DNA of 49,197 nucleotides from positions 1-49,197 of the IMG/VR virus record IMGVR_UViG_3300028586_000397, one strand, 5' to 3'. Both the position numbers and the translations under genes were made by a program. The notes under the pieces were generated by a model, which saw only the letters and a program-made list of their open reading frames with translations, did no database searches and was not told the origin of the DNA. The stretch comes from a virus. Its lineage: Duplodnaviria; Caudoviricetes. Shown here piece by piece: positions 17,385 to 26,978 of this stretch. Every line of letters starts with the position of its first letter. Within the stretch, counting starts at the first letter, position 1.

Positions 17385-17448
17385 GCGTTTACAGCCTGCA
17401 TCGCAGCGTCCAGGCTCTGCGTCTCCCCTTGCACCGATGGGTGCTTCA

Positions 17449-17483
17449 GCCCCGCCAGGCATCGTGCCGGCGGGGCATTTTTT
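17449..17483 (+). terminator. Second terminator in the late leader
   Basis: GCCCCGCC(A)GGCA-TCG-TGCCGGCGGGGC followed by ATTTTTT. Confidence 0.75.
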
Positions 17484-17580
17484 CGGAAGATGTGCTGCGC
17501 AAGAATCTCAACGACGAAAGGTGGTGATCCTGTCTCGATCCGCTGGAAAGCGGGGGATACAAGGCTTCATGTTCGTTTTC

Positions 17581-17603
17581 GCCCGGATCATCCGGGCTTT
17601 TTT
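17581..17603 (+). terminator. Third terminator in the late leader
   Basis: GCCCGGA-TCA-TCCGGGC-TTTTTT. Confidence 0.8.
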
Positions 17604-17689
17604 ATTCCCAGGACACGGCGTCATCTTAAAGCGAGCGGCGCCGTATCCCAAGCACTATGTTGGACGGAACTCAGCGAAAAGTTGTGGCT

Positions 17690-17705
17690 GTGTAGACGTC
17701 TGCAC
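17690..17705. repeat. 16-bp palindrome copy 2 (GTGTAGACGTCTGCAC, 1 mismatch)
   Basis: Immediately upstream of the RBS of the first late gene. Confidence 0.7.
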
Positions 17706-17718
17706 TCAGGAGAACCCG

Positions 17719-18474
17719 ATGGCTGTTGACGTGCGCGATGCGATCAGGCAGCTCACGGCGGGTATGCAGCTGGAGGAGAAGCAGCTCAAGTTCGCTACCC
17801 GCGTGGCCTTGACCCGCGTGGCCAAGAAGGCCGAGGCTGCCGAGGGCCGCGAGATGCGGGACATCTTCGACCGGCCTACGCCGTTCACCATGTCTGGCCT
17901 GTTCGTTCGGCCAGCGACAGCGACCAACCTCACGGCTGAAGTGAAGCTGAAGGACTTTGCTGGCAAGAGCAGCTCTCCAGCGGCTACCTACCTGGCTGCG
18001 CAAATCAAGGGCGGCATGCGCGGCGAGAAGCGCTTCGAGCGTGCGCTGCGGTCTGTTGGTGCGCTGCCACCTGGCCACCGCGTGGTGCCGGGCGAGGGCG
18101 CCGATGTCGATTCGTACGGCAACATGAGCAGGGGCCAGATCGTCCAGATCCTGGCGTACTTCCGCGCATTTCCCGAGGCTGGCTACAAGGCCAACATGAC
18201 CGACAAGCGCCGACAGGCCTTGGCGCGCGGGTCTAGAACCAGGCAGGGCGTTTCGTACTTCTGTGGCAGTCCTGGTGACCGCCTGCCGATGGGCATCTGG
18301 CAGCGTGTTCATTTCGCCCAGGGCACGGCGCTCAAGCCGGTCATGATCTTCGTTCGATCTGCAATCTACCAGGCCGTGTTCGACTTTCAGTACGTCGCGG
18401 AGTCGACGGTCGAGCGCGAGTTTCCTGCCGAGTTCGCCGCCGCTCTGGCCCAGGCGCGAGCCACCCAGCGGTAG
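17719..18474 (+). CDS. Phage protein, probable virion morphogenesis/tail-completion (gpZ-like)
   Basis: AGGAGA RBS; ATRVALTRVA...FDRPTPFT pattern; precedes the small terminase. Confidence 0.6.
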   Translation: MAVDVRDAIRQLTAGMQLEEKQLKFATRVALTRVAKKAEAAEGREMRDIFDRPTPFTMSGLFVRPATATNLTAEVKLKDFAGKSSSPAATYLAAQIKGGMRGEKRFERALRSVGALPPGHRVVPGEGADVDSYGNMSRGQIVQILAYFRAFPEAGYKANMTDKRRQALARGSRTRQGVSYFCGSPGDRLPMGIWQRVHFAQGTALKPVMIFVRSAIYQAVFDFQYVAESTVEREFPAEFAAALAQARATQR

Positions 18475-18572
18475 GCCCGAGCGTTCCCAAGGTACTCCGG
18501 CGAGGGGGGCCTTCAAGGGTAATTCGAACCCCGAGTTTTCTCTAGTCACATACCCATCCTAAGGGGGTTGTA
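18475..18572. other. Probable cos packaging region
   Basis: Non-coding gap directly before Nu1/gpA-type terminase genes, containing GAGGGGGG and GGGTAATTCGAACCCC; exact cut site not determinable. Confidence 0.45.
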
Positions 18573-19097
18573 TTGTCGGACCTTGACCTTTCCAAGCCTA
18601 TGACCCAGGCAGCGTTCGGTGCGCTCGTCGGTGTCAGCCAGCAGGCGATCGGCAACCTGGTCGGACGCGGCATCCTCGACACCAGCGTGCTTGGTCACCA
18701 GTTGCTGCAGACCTACTGTTCGCATCTGCGGGAGCAGGCCGCCGGCCGCGCGACCAATGGCGAACTGGATCTCGCGACCGAGCGCGCAGGCCTGGCCAAG
18801 GCCCAGCGTGAAAAGATCGAGATGCAGAACGCGGTAACGCGCAGCGAGCTGGCGCCCGTGGCGTTGATCGAGGAAGTGCTGGGCCGCGCGGGCAGCAAGA
18901 TCGCCGGCATCTTCGATGCCATCCCTGGCGGGGTGCGGCGCCGCGTGCCGAGCCTGCCGGCGGACGAGATCAAGAACATCGCGGCCGAGATTGCGCGTGT
19001 GCGCAACATCGTCGCCGGCATGTCCTTGGCCGATCTTCGGAGCGACGGGGAGGAGGGTGATGACGACGAGGCACCGGAAGAGGAGCTCGACGTATGA
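18573..19097 (+). CDS. Terminase small subunit (Nu1-like)
   Basis: N-terminal wHTH TQAAFGALVGVSQQAI, coiled coil ERAGLAKAQREKIEMQN; TTG start; overlaps the large subunit. Confidence 0.88.
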   Translation: MSDLDLSKPMTQAAFGALVGVSQQAIGNLVGRGILDTSVLGHQLLQTYCSHLREQAAGRATNGELDLATERAGLAKAQREKIEMQNAVTRSELAPVALIEEVLGRAGSKIAGIFDAIPGGVRRRVPSLPADEIKNIAAEIARVRNIVAGMSLADLRSDGEEGDDDEAPEEELDV

Positions 19098-21175
19098 GCG
19101 CCATGCACGAGGTCGTGAACTGGCAATCGCCCGAGCTGGCCAAGACGGTGACGCGCGGTCTGGGCACCTTCGGTGTGCCGGCGCCGTTGACGCTCGAGGA
19201 GTGGGCGCGGCAGCACTTCTACCTGTCCAAGGAGTCGTCCTACGTCGAGCAGAGCTGGGTGCCGTGGCCGTTCCAGCGGGCGATCCTGGCCTGCATCAGT
19301 AACGACGACATCCGCAATATCGACTTCAAGAAGTCGGCTCGCGTGGGCTACACAAAGATGCTGCTCGCGGCGGTCGGATACTTCGCTGAACACAAGCGCA
19401 GGAACCAGGCGTTGTGGCAACCGACCGATGGAGACAGCGACGAGTTCGTGAAGACTGAACTCGACACGATGCTGCGCGATGTGAAGATCATGCGCAAGGC
19501 GATGCCGGCGCACGTGTCCCGGCACAAGGACAACACGCTCGCGCAGAAGCGATTCCTCGGCTGCCTGCTGCACACGCGCGGCGGGACAGCTGCGCGCGCG
19601 TATCGCCGGATCTCGGTCGACGTGGCCCTGCTCGACGAGCTGGATGCGTTCGACCGCGACATCGAAAAGGAGGGCTCGCCCGACGTGCTGGCGGAGAAGC
19701 GGGTCGAGGGGGCAACGTTCCCGAAGCTGATCACCGGATCGACGCCAAAGCTGCAGGGCTTCTCGCTGATCGACGACCGCTTCCAGAAGGCGGACGAGCG
19801 TTTCAGGTATGCGATTCCGTGTCCGGAATGCGGTGGCTTCCACCCGCTGTCCTGGGGCAAGAAGGACGAGGCAACCGGCTTCAAGTGGGTCGACGGCGAT
19901 CCGGACTCGGTTCGCCATCTCTGCCCGCATTGCCACAGCCTGATCGACCAGGCGCAGTACCTGGCAGTCGCAGACCGCGGTCGATGGCAGAACGTCGACG
20001 GCAGCATCACGATCGATGCCGTCGGCATCTTCCGTAACGCCAGCGGTGCAGTGATCACGGCGCTGGAGCATATCGCCTTCCATGTCTGGACGGCGTACAG
20101 CCCGCTGGTGGCCTGGTCGAAGCTGGTCGAGGAATTCCTGGACGCCTACGAAAAGGCGCAGGCCGGCGACATTACCAAGCTGAAGGCATTCACGAACACG
20201 ACCCTTGGCGAGGTGTGGGCACTGGAGCAGGAGAAGAGCGATGCCGACCAGCTGAAGGAGCGAGCCGAGCGGTACAAGTTCGGCACGGTGCCGATGGGCT
20301 GTGTCCGCTTGCTGGCCAGCTGCGACACGCAGGATAACCGTATCGAGGTTTCCGTGCGTGGTTACGGCCGCGCATGCGAGACCTGGCAAATCGACTATCG
20401 AATCTTTTACGGCAACCCGAGTGAAGACCAGGTGTGGCAGGACGTCGCCGAGTATTTGTTCGAGGCCGAGTTCCAGCACGTGGCCGGATCGAAGCTGCAG
20501 ATCTACGCGTCGGCGATCGACACGGCAGGTCACCACACCCAGGCGGTCTACAACTTCGTGCACACGCATGCTGCCCGTGGTCGCCGGATCTACGGTGTCA
20601 AGGGCCGGTCTGGGCGAGAGAAACACATCAAGGACGGAGCATCGAAGGTCGACATCGACTGGCGCGGCAAGACACGCAAGAAAGGGATGATCCTCTGGCA
20701 GGTCGGCACCAATCTCGCGAAGGACTTGATCTACGGCCGGCTGCAGATCACGAAGCCTGGGCCGGGCTACATGCACTTCTCGACAGATGCGCCTGATGAG
20801 TTCTACGCGCAGATGGCCGGCGAAGCGCGCGTCGAGCGTGCAACGGCTGGTGGGCGCGAGTCTCGCTGGACGGCATTGCGCAAGCGCGTCGAGGCGTGGG
20901 ACTGCACGGTCTACGGAGTCTGGTTGGAGACGCACCTCGACCTAGCCAAGAAGCCGGCGAAGTGGTGGGACGCACTTGAAGCGGAAGTGCAGCCAAAGAT
21001 CGTAGACCTGTTCGCGCAGCCGGCGCCGGAACTAGTTGTTGAGCCGATCGAGGAGCAAGTGAAGGTACAGCAGAAACAGCAGGAAGAAAAAAGGGTTGCG
21101 CCACCGGCGCCGCCACTCAGGCACGGAGGAAACCCCTTCGTATCCGATGATTGGTCACATAGAGGATTTGAATAA
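19094..21175 (+). CDS. Terminase large subunit (lambda gpA family)
   Basis: KSARVGYTK Walker A, LLDELD, GSTP, CPECG/CPHC, DTQDNR and EAWDC nuclease motifs. Confidence 0.96.
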   Translation: MSAMHEVVNWQSPELAKTVTRGLGTFGVPAPLTLEEWARQHFYLSKESSYVEQSWVPWPFQRAILACISNDDIRNIDFKKSARVGYTKMLLAAVGYFAEHKRRNQALWQPTDGDSDEFVKTELDTMLRDVKIMRKAMPAHVSRHKDNTLAQKRFLGCLLHTRGGTAARAYRRISVDVALLDELDAFDRDIEKEGSPDVLAEKRVEGATFPKLITGSTPKLQGFSLIDDRFQKADERFRYAIPCPECGGFHPLSWGKKDEATGFKWVDGDPDSVRHLCPHCHSLIDQAQYLAVADRGRWQNVDGSITIDAVGIFRNASGAVITALEHIAFHVWTAYSPLVAWSKLVEEFLDAYEKAQAGDITKLKAFTNTTLGEVWALEQEKSDADQLKERAERYKFGTVPMGCVRLLASCDTQDNRIEVSVRGYGRACETWQIDYRIFYGNPSEDQVWQDVAEYLFEAEFQHVAGSKLQIYASAIDTAGHHTQAVYNFVHTHAARGRRIYGVKGRSGREKHIKDGASKVDIDWRGKTRKKGMILWQVGTNLAKDLIYGRLQITKPGPGYMHFSTDAPDEFYAQMAGEARVERATAGGRESRWTALRKRVEAWDCTVYGVWLETHLDLAKKPAKWWDALEAEVQPKIVDLFAQPAPELVVEPIEEQVKVQQKQQEEKRVAPPAPPLRHGGNPFVSDDWSHRGFE

Positions 21176-21453
21176 TGCGGGTTGAGCACAACGATATCGT
21201 CGGGTATTTCGTGAGCTTGGTGGGCGCCACGCTCGGGCTGGGCGTCTTCACCCCAGAGAAGCAGCGGGAGATCGATACCAAGCTCCGGTCGCAATGGGGC
21301 GGCCAGGAGGTTTATATCAAAAAAAGTGACGTTGATGTGGAGGCCCGTGCCCTCGCGATCAGGACCAAGTACAACGGCCGCAATCGGCGTGAGCTGATGA
21401 TCGAGTACAACATCAGCCGGGCGCAGTTCTACAAAATCATCAAGGGCGATTAA
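21175..21453 (+). CDS. Mor/C-family transcription activator
   Basis: WGGQEVYI followed by YNGRNRRELMIEYNISRAQFYKII HTH. Confidence 0.82.
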   Translation: MRVEHNDIVGYFVSLVGATLGLGVFTPEKQREIDTKLRSQWGGQEVYIKKSDVDVEARALAIRTKYNGRNRRELMIEYNISRAQFYKIIKGD

Positions 21454-21522
21454 AGGTAGGGAGCTTGTTTAACTTTGGTCCTGGGGTCGATTACATCTGC
21501 CATCGACCCCAAGGCGGAACAA

Positions 21523-21717
21523 CTACCGTGCTTTGCAAGAACCATTAAGCATTCTAACGATGACGTCTCGCGATACCCCCTCATCCGCAAGCATTACTTC
21601 TGCACGGCGCGGCCCAAGCAATTCTTTGATAATCAACGCTGCATTGACATATGCTGCATGTACATGATTCCGGCGTCGGCAAAGATTGACTTGAGAAATA
21701 GTTGGTTTATCTCCCAT
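21523..21717 (-). CDS. Small hypothetical protein (64 aa) in moron
   Basis: AT-rich insert antisense to the head genes; plausible helical protein. Confidence 0.5.
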   Translation of the reverse strand: MGDKPTISQVNLCRRRNHVHAAYVNAALIIKELLGPRRAEVMLADEGVSRDVIVRMLNGSCKAR

Positions 21718-21793
21718 ACCATAAATATACTTGATATTATGGCATGGGTGAAACCTACTATTGGCCCAATAGCAAATTTATCGTAACGTGCAC

Positions 21794-22291
21794 TTATGAC
21801 ATTCGCCGAAAGCTGGACGCGGGATTGATAGCCTCGAAATGATTGAGAAGTAACTTGGAAACCTGTTCATATGAAACCGGCTTAGGCAAGTGAACGTCGA
21901 ACCCTGCGTCGAGAGATTTACGGACGGTCTTTGCGTCATTCCAACCGCTAACAGCAACAAGAAGTGGTTGAGGCCACGTGCCAGCCCTGATCGCTTGTGC
22001 CAAATCATGACCACTTACCCTTGGCATTCCAATATCAGAAAAGATTACGTGGGGGGAATAATCAAGGATGACGTCAAGTGCATTTGTTGCTGAAAAGACA
22101 GCTTGGCATTCATAGCCTAAAGTCAAAATTAACGTGGAGAAAAGCTGCGCCAAATCCTCGTTGTCATCGACAACTAGAACTCGGCCAAGTGGCAGAGGTA
22201 TCACGACGTACAGGCCTATAGTTGCGACGAACCAGAGCACGACGCGAGAGGAGGAGTGACTATCTGAGATAGATAGGAAGGAGGGGAGCAC
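21794..22291 (-). CDS. Stand-alone response-regulator receiver domain (moron)
   Basis: RVLVVDDN, IFSDIGMP (phospho-acceptor D), AVSGW, DAGFDVHLPKP; true start may be GTG 22204. Confidence 0.85.
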   Translation of the reverse strand: MLPSFLSISDSHSSSRVVLWFVATIGLYVVIPLPLGRVLVVDDNEDLAQLFSTLILTLGYECQAVFSATNALDVILDYSPHVIFSDIGMPRVSGHDLAQAIRAGTWPQPLLVAVSGWNDAKTVRKSLDAGFDVHLPKPVSYEQVSKLLLNHFEAINPASSFRRMS

Positions 22292-22558
22292 CTAGACTAC
22301 CATAGATTAGTTCGATCGCATACGCATGAATGCCGTCCTGGGCAATGTTCGCCGTTGCCATTCTCGGCCGTTCAGTGTGAAGGAGCTACCAAGCCGAAGC
22401 AGACGGCATATGGCTAAAACGTCGGTGCCTGCAAAATTTAGTTTAAGCCTGCATGGAATGTTGATGTGCGAGGGTAACGTCCGCTTTTAGCAGATTTTAG
22501 GGTGGCCAAAGGCCTTAATCAAATAACGTTGGCATCTGAGCAAGTAAAGCATCTTAAT

Positions 22559-22601
22559 GTCTCATCTCTCCCTAGAAATGAGACAAACCCATTGATACTG
22601 T
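22559..22601 (+). promoter_or_regulatory. Late promoter element 1: palindrome GTCTCATCTCTCCCTAGAAATGAGAC plus -10 TACTGT
   Basis: 26-bp inverted repeat that recurs at 24469 and 41836; upstream of the gpW/portal genes. Confidence 0.75.
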
Positions 22602-22628
22602 TGGGCCTCCATTTCATTGGGGGTTCAA

Positions 22629-22871
22629 ATGTCGTCGTCACAATTCTCGCCATCGGCCATGTTGGCCAAGTATCTCGAGGCCGAGCAAGCCGTCCTCGCA
22701 GGTAAAACGATCACTTTCCAGGGCCGATCGATGGGGATGGAAAACCTCAGCGAGATCCGCACGGGCCGACGTGAGTGGCAGCAGCGCGTCGCCCAGGAGG
22801 ATCGACGTGCGAGCGGGCGCCCATCGATCGGCGGCATGTCCTACTCGGTCGCCAGCTTCAACCAGGACTGA
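22629..22871 (+). CDS. Head-tail joining protein (gpW-like)
   Basis: YLEAEQAVLAGKTITFQGRS..ENLSEIR; directly before the portal. Confidence 0.75.
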   Translation: MSSSQFSPSAMLAKYLEAEQAVLAGKTITFQGRSMGMENLSEIRTGRREWQQRVAQEDRRASGRPSIGGMSYSVASFNQD

Positions 22872-22873
22872 GC

Positions 22874-24412
22874 ATGCAAGCGAAGTCCCCAGTTCGACTC
22901 AACGCGGTCGACCACATCGTCTCGTTCTTTTCCCCTGCAGCCGGCGTGCGGCGCTTGGCCGCGCGCAGTGTGCTGAACCAGTACGAAGCAGCGAAGCCAT
23001 CCCGGATGCGCAAGGGCGCCAAGGATAACCGTTCCCCCAACGCCCAGGTGCAGCAAGGCGCTGTTGCACTTCGAGGCCTGGCCCGAAACCTCGAGCAGAA
23101 TCACGATATCGCTCGCGGTGCGTTGCGCGTCCTGGTGAACAACGTCATCGGTGCGAGTGGGATCGGAGTCGAGCCGCAGCCGCGTCGGAAGGACGGCACC
23201 ATTCATGAGGACTTCGCCGCGTCGTTGCGCAAGGCCTATCGCGATTGGCAGCAAAAGCCAGAGGTCACGCAGAGGTTCACCTGGACCAAGGTGCAGCGCC
23301 TAGTGGCAAAAACTTGGATGCGTGATGGCGAATGCTTTGCACAGCGTCTAATCGGCACGGTTCCGCTGCTCGACCATGCGACTAAGGTCCCGTATTCGCT
23401 GGAGCTGATCGAGGCGGACATGATCCCTCTGGACTATCACGACCCAGCAAAAGGTATCCAGCAGGGCATTGAGCGCAATACTTGGGGCAAGCCCACAGCT
23501 TTCTGGGCGTACAAGCAATTCCCAGGTGAATCGTGGACCACGCGGAGCTACGACCTCAAACGTATCGAAGCAAGCCGCATGCATCACATCGCGGCGATTG
23601 ATCGTATTGGGCAGATGCGTGGAGTCTCCGAGTTCGCAAGCGTGGTGACCCGTCTCGAAGACATCAAGGATTACGAGGAGTCCGAGCGCATCGCCGCCAA
23701 GGTCGCAGCATCCTTGACCGCATACATCAAGAAGGGCGCACCGGAAGACTTCGCCGGCTCTGCGGATGGGGAGCCTGGCCAGCCGCGCGAGCTTCGATTC
23801 TCGCCTGGCATGATCATCGATTCGCTGGGTGTTGGCGAAGAGATCGGGATGATCGATTCGAACCGTCCGAACCCGAACCTGGTCACCTTCCGCCAGGGCC
23901 AGCTGCGCGCTGTCGCTGCCGGCCTGGGCGGTAGTTACTCGAGCATCGCGCGCGACTACAGCGGCACCTATTCTTCACAGCGGCAGGAGCTGGTCGAGCA
24001 ATGGATCAACTACGCGGTCTTGTGCGACGAATTCGTGGGCCAATTTGTGCAGCCGACGTGGAAGGATTTCGTGCAGGCCGCGGTCTTGTCTGGTGTGGTG
24101 CGTATGCCGCGCGATCTCGATCCGGAGACTGCAGACGACGCCTTGTTCGTAGGCCAATCGATGCCATGGATTGACCCTCTGAAAGAGGCTATGGCCTGGC
24201 AGGCTCTGGTCGAGGCAGGCTTCGCAAGCGAGGTCGAGGTCATGCGCAAGCGCGGCGTCAATCCACGTGACGTGCTCGAGCAGATCCTGGCACACCGCGA
24301 AGAGTGCAAGAAAAAAGGCTTGGTATTTTCGTCCAACTTCGAAAACAAAAACAAGACGCCGCCGCCGGCACCGCCGCCAGAGGAGAAGCCAGCTGAAGAG
24401 GCTACCGAGTAG
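22874..24412 (+). CDS. Portal protein, lambda family
   Basis: YEAA, ARNLEQN, RDGECF, GQMRGVS, YSSQRQEL, WIDPLKE motifs. Confidence 0.95.
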   Translation: MQAKSPVRLNAVDHIVSFFSPAAGVRRLAARSVLNQYEAAKPSRMRKGAKDNRSPNAQVQQGAVALRGLARNLEQNHDIARGALRVLVNNVIGASGIGVEPQPRRKDGTIHEDFAASLRKAYRDWQQKPEVTQRFTWTKVQRLVAKTWMRDGECFAQRLIGTVPLLDHATKVPYSLELIEADMIPLDYHDPAKGIQQGIERNTWGKPTAFWAYKQFPGESWTTRSYDLKRIEASRMHHIAAIDRIGQMRGVSEFASVVTRLEDIKDYEESERIAAKVAASLTAYIKKGAPEDFAGSADGEPGQPRELRFSPGMIIDSLGVGEEIGMIDSNRPNPNLVTFRQGQLRAVAAGLGGSYSSIARDYSGTYSSQRQELVEQWINYAVLCDEFVGQFVQPTWKDFVQAAVLSGVVRMPRDLDPETADDALFVGQSMPWIDPLKEAMAWQALVEAGFASEVEVMRKRGVNPRDVLEQILAHREECKKKGLVFSSNFENKNKTPPPAPPPEEKPAEEATE

Positions 24413-24418
24413 CCAATG

Positions 24419-24445
24419 AAAAACCGCCTGCAGGCGGTTTTTTTT
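24419..24445. terminator. Terminator after the portal
   Basis: AAAAACCGCC-TGCA-GGCGGTTTTTTTT. Confidence 0.85.
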
Positions 24446-24468
24446 CGACCGTACTCAAGGAAAAATCT

Positions 24469-24511
24469 GTCTCATTTCTCCCTAGAAATGAGACTGCCCG
24501 ACAAACAAACT
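24469..24511 (+). promoter_or_regulatory. Late promoter element 2: GTCTCATTTCTCCCTAGAAATGAGAC plus -10 CAAACT
   Basis: Lies just after the terminator and upstream of the capsid gene. Confidence 0.75.
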
Positions 24512-24550
24512 ACAGGCTTCAACACGACCGCAATCGACAAGGAACGGACG

Positions 24551-26593
24551 ATGCCTGCACCGACAGACGTACAGAACAAAGTAGCACCGTGGTACACCAT
24601 CCGCGCCCGCGCGGGTACCAAGGCAAGTGCCGCCGGCGGCGCCCAAGCGGCTGCGGCCGAGATCCTGATCTACGGCGATATCGGCGAGAGCTGGTACGGC
24701 GACACCATCGCCGCCAGTAATTTCGTTCGCGACGTGGCCGCCCTGGACGTGGAGCAGCTGACCGTGCGCATCAACAGTTACGGTGGCTCGGTCACCGATG
24801 GCATCGCGATCCACAACTCGCTCAAGCGTCACAAGGCGCACGTCACTACCGTCGTCGACGGCATCGCCGCATCGATCTCGAGCTTGATCGCGATGGCTGG
24901 CGACACGGTCGAAATGGCCGAGAACGCACAGCTGATGATCCATGCGCCATGGGGCTGGAACTCGGGCAACAGCACCGCCATGCGCGAATACGCCGACATG
25001 CTCGACAGCTGGGCTGACGCCATGTCCACCACTTACGCATCGAAGACCGGCACCGACAAAGCTGAAATCCTGGCACTGCTCACCGACGGCAAGGACCACT
25101 GGTACACGGCCGAGCAGGCGCTCGAAGCGAAGTTCGTCGACACCGTGATCACGAGCGTGCCAATTGCCGCAATGGCCAGCATCAAGGATTCAATCAAGGC
25201 GCGGGTTGCTTCGATCCCGCAGTCCACTCAACCGGCGGCAGCTGCCGCGCCTCAACCACAACAGAAAGAGGGCAATACCATGACCGAAGAAGAGAAGAAG
25301 GCGGCCGCTCAGGCAGCCGCGAAAGCCGCGCTGGAAGCGGACAAGGCACGCCGCTCCGGCATCGCCGCCGCATTCGCCAAGTTCACGAACCAGACCGGCG
25401 TGGCCGCGCTGCTGCAGACCTGCTCCGATGACCACGACTGCACCATCGAGCAGGCAAGCCAGAAGCTGCTGGCCCACCTGGGCAGCGGCGCTGCGCCTGT
25501 CGCCGGCAACTACATCGTCACCCTGGAAGACGAGCGCGACAAATTCCGCGCGGGCGCCCAGGCTTCGATCCTGGCCCGCGCGAACATCGAGAAGGACGAC
25601 ACGAAGAACAACTACCGTGGCTTCTCGGTGATGGACCTGGCGCGCGAGTGCCTGGCGCATGCCGGCGTGAACGCTCGCGGCATGGGCAAGATGGACGTGG
25701 TTGCGGCCGCTTTCACCCACACCAGCTCGGACTTCCCACTGCTGCTGTCGAACGTGGCCAACAAGTCGATGATGAAGGGCTACGAAGAAGCCGAGGAAAC
25801 CTTCCAGCTCTGGACTTCGCAGGGCAGCCTGGGCGACTTCAAGCCGGGCAAGCGCCTCGACCTGAACACCTTCCCGGCGCTGGACAAAGTCCAGGATGGC
25901 GGCGAATACAAGTACGCCCAGGTCGGCGAACGCGGCGAGACCGTCCAGCTGGCCACCTACGGCAAGATGTTCTCGCTGACCCGCCAGACCATCATCAACG
26001 ATGACCTGGACGCCTTCACCAAGATCCCGCGCCGTATGGGCCGCGCCGCGATCCGCACCATCGGCGACCTGGTGTACGCCATCCTGACCGGCAATCCAAA
26101 GATGGCCGACGGCAAGTCGCTCTTCCACGCCGACCACAAGAACCTGCTGGCCGGCATGGGCATCACCACCGCCGGCGTCGACGCGATGCGTGTGGCAATG
26201 GGCAAGCAGACCGATGGCAACGCCACGCTGAATATCCGTCTGGCGAAGCTGCTGGTTCCCCTCGCACTCGAAGGCATGGCAAAGGTGGTGCGCGAGAGCG
26301 AGTTCGAGGTCTCGGCCGGCGCCCGTGACAGCACGGTGCCGAATTCGGTCAAGGGCACTTTCGAAGTCATCAGCGACGCTCGCCTCGACGTGGCATCGGC
26401 GTCGGCCTGGTACGGCGCCGCAGATCAGAACGCTCACGACACCGTCGAGGTGCAGTACCTGGACGGCAATACCGCGCCGACCCTCGAGCAGGAAACCGGC
26501 TGGAGCCGTGATGGCGTCGAGTTCAAGGTCCGCATGGACGCCGGCGTGAAAGCCCTCGACTTCCGCACCCTGGCTGCCAACCCAGGCGCGTAA
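24551..26593 (+). CDS. ClpP-like prohead protease / major capsid protein fusion
   Basis: INSYGG, AASISS, MIHAPW protease motifs then HTSSDFP...DAGVKALDFR capsid region. Confidence 0.93.
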   Translation: MPAPTDVQNKVAPWYTIRARAGTKASAAGGAQAAAAEILIYGDIGESWYGDTIAASNFVRDVAALDVEQLTVRINSYGGSVTDGIAIHNSLKRHKAHVTTVVDGIAASISSLIAMAGDTVEMAENAQLMIHAPWGWNSGNSTAMREYADMLDSWADAMSTTYASKTGTDKAEILALLTDGKDHWYTAEQALEAKFVDTVITSVPIAAMASIKDSIKARVASIPQSTQPAAAAAPQPQQKEGNTMTEEEKKAAAQAAAKAALEADKARRSGIAAAFAKFTNQTGVAALLQTCSDDHDCTIEQASQKLLAHLGSGAAPVAGNYIVTLEDERDKFRAGAQASILARANIEKDDTKNNYRGFSVMDLARECLAHAGVNARGMGKMDVVAAAFTHTSSDFPLLLSNVANKSMMKGYEEAEETFQLWTSQGSLGDFKPGKRLDLNTFPALDKVQDGGEYKYAQVGERGETVQLATYGKMFSLTRQTIINDDLDAFTKIPRRMGRAAIRTIGDLVYAILTGNPKMADGKSLFHADHKNLLAGMGITTAGVDAMRVAMGKQTDGNATLNIRLAKLLVPLALEGMAKVVRESEFEVSAGARDSTVPNSVKGTFEVISDARLDVASASAWYGAADQNAHDTVEVQYLDGNTAPTLEQETGWSRDGVEFKVRMDAGVKALDFRTLAANPGA

Positions 26594-26648
26594 TCAAAGA
26601 ACCCGGCACCGCAGGTGCGGTGCCGTCTGAACCGAAAAGGAAACAGGA

Positions 26649-26978
26649 ATGGCAAAGAATTATTACGGCGAGGGCGAGGTCGTCGATGTCACCGCTGGTG
26701 GTGTAGCAATCGCCTCGGGTGCGGTTGTCGTGATCGGTGCGCGTTTGGGCATCGCTCTGGCTGATATTCCGGCACTGGAAACTGGCAGCGCCGCTGTGAC
26801 CGGCGTGTGGACGCTGAAGAAGGCCGCAGCCGATGTGGTCGCACAGGGCGCGCTGCTCTACTGGGACCCGGACGACTTCCAGCTGACCACCGTCGCTGCA
26901 GGTAACGTCCCGGCCGGCTATGCCTGGAAGGCTGCCGGTGCTGGCACGAGCATCGCCCACGTCAAGATCAACGCCTGA
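26649..26978 (+). CDS. Capsid cement/decoration protein (DUF2190-like)
   Basis: MAKNY..G, SGAVV, GVWTLKK, GALLYWD pattern after the capsid gene. Confidence 0.8.
   Translation: MAKNYYGEGEVVDVTAGGVAIASGAVVVIGARLGIALADIPALETGSAAVTGVWTLKKAAADVVAQGALLYWDPDDFQLTTVAAGNVPAGYAWKAAGAGTSIAHVKINA

Noticed and set aside
17333-17718. Phage tRNA gene in the late leader
   Set aside because: Hairpins present but no cloverleaf with a T-loop GTTCRA and acceptor stem could be built
18713-20935. 740-aa minus-strand ORF (also 27726-29303, 32350-34296 and 47816-48991)
   Set aside because: Antisense shadows of terminase, tail tube, tape measure and MCP genes
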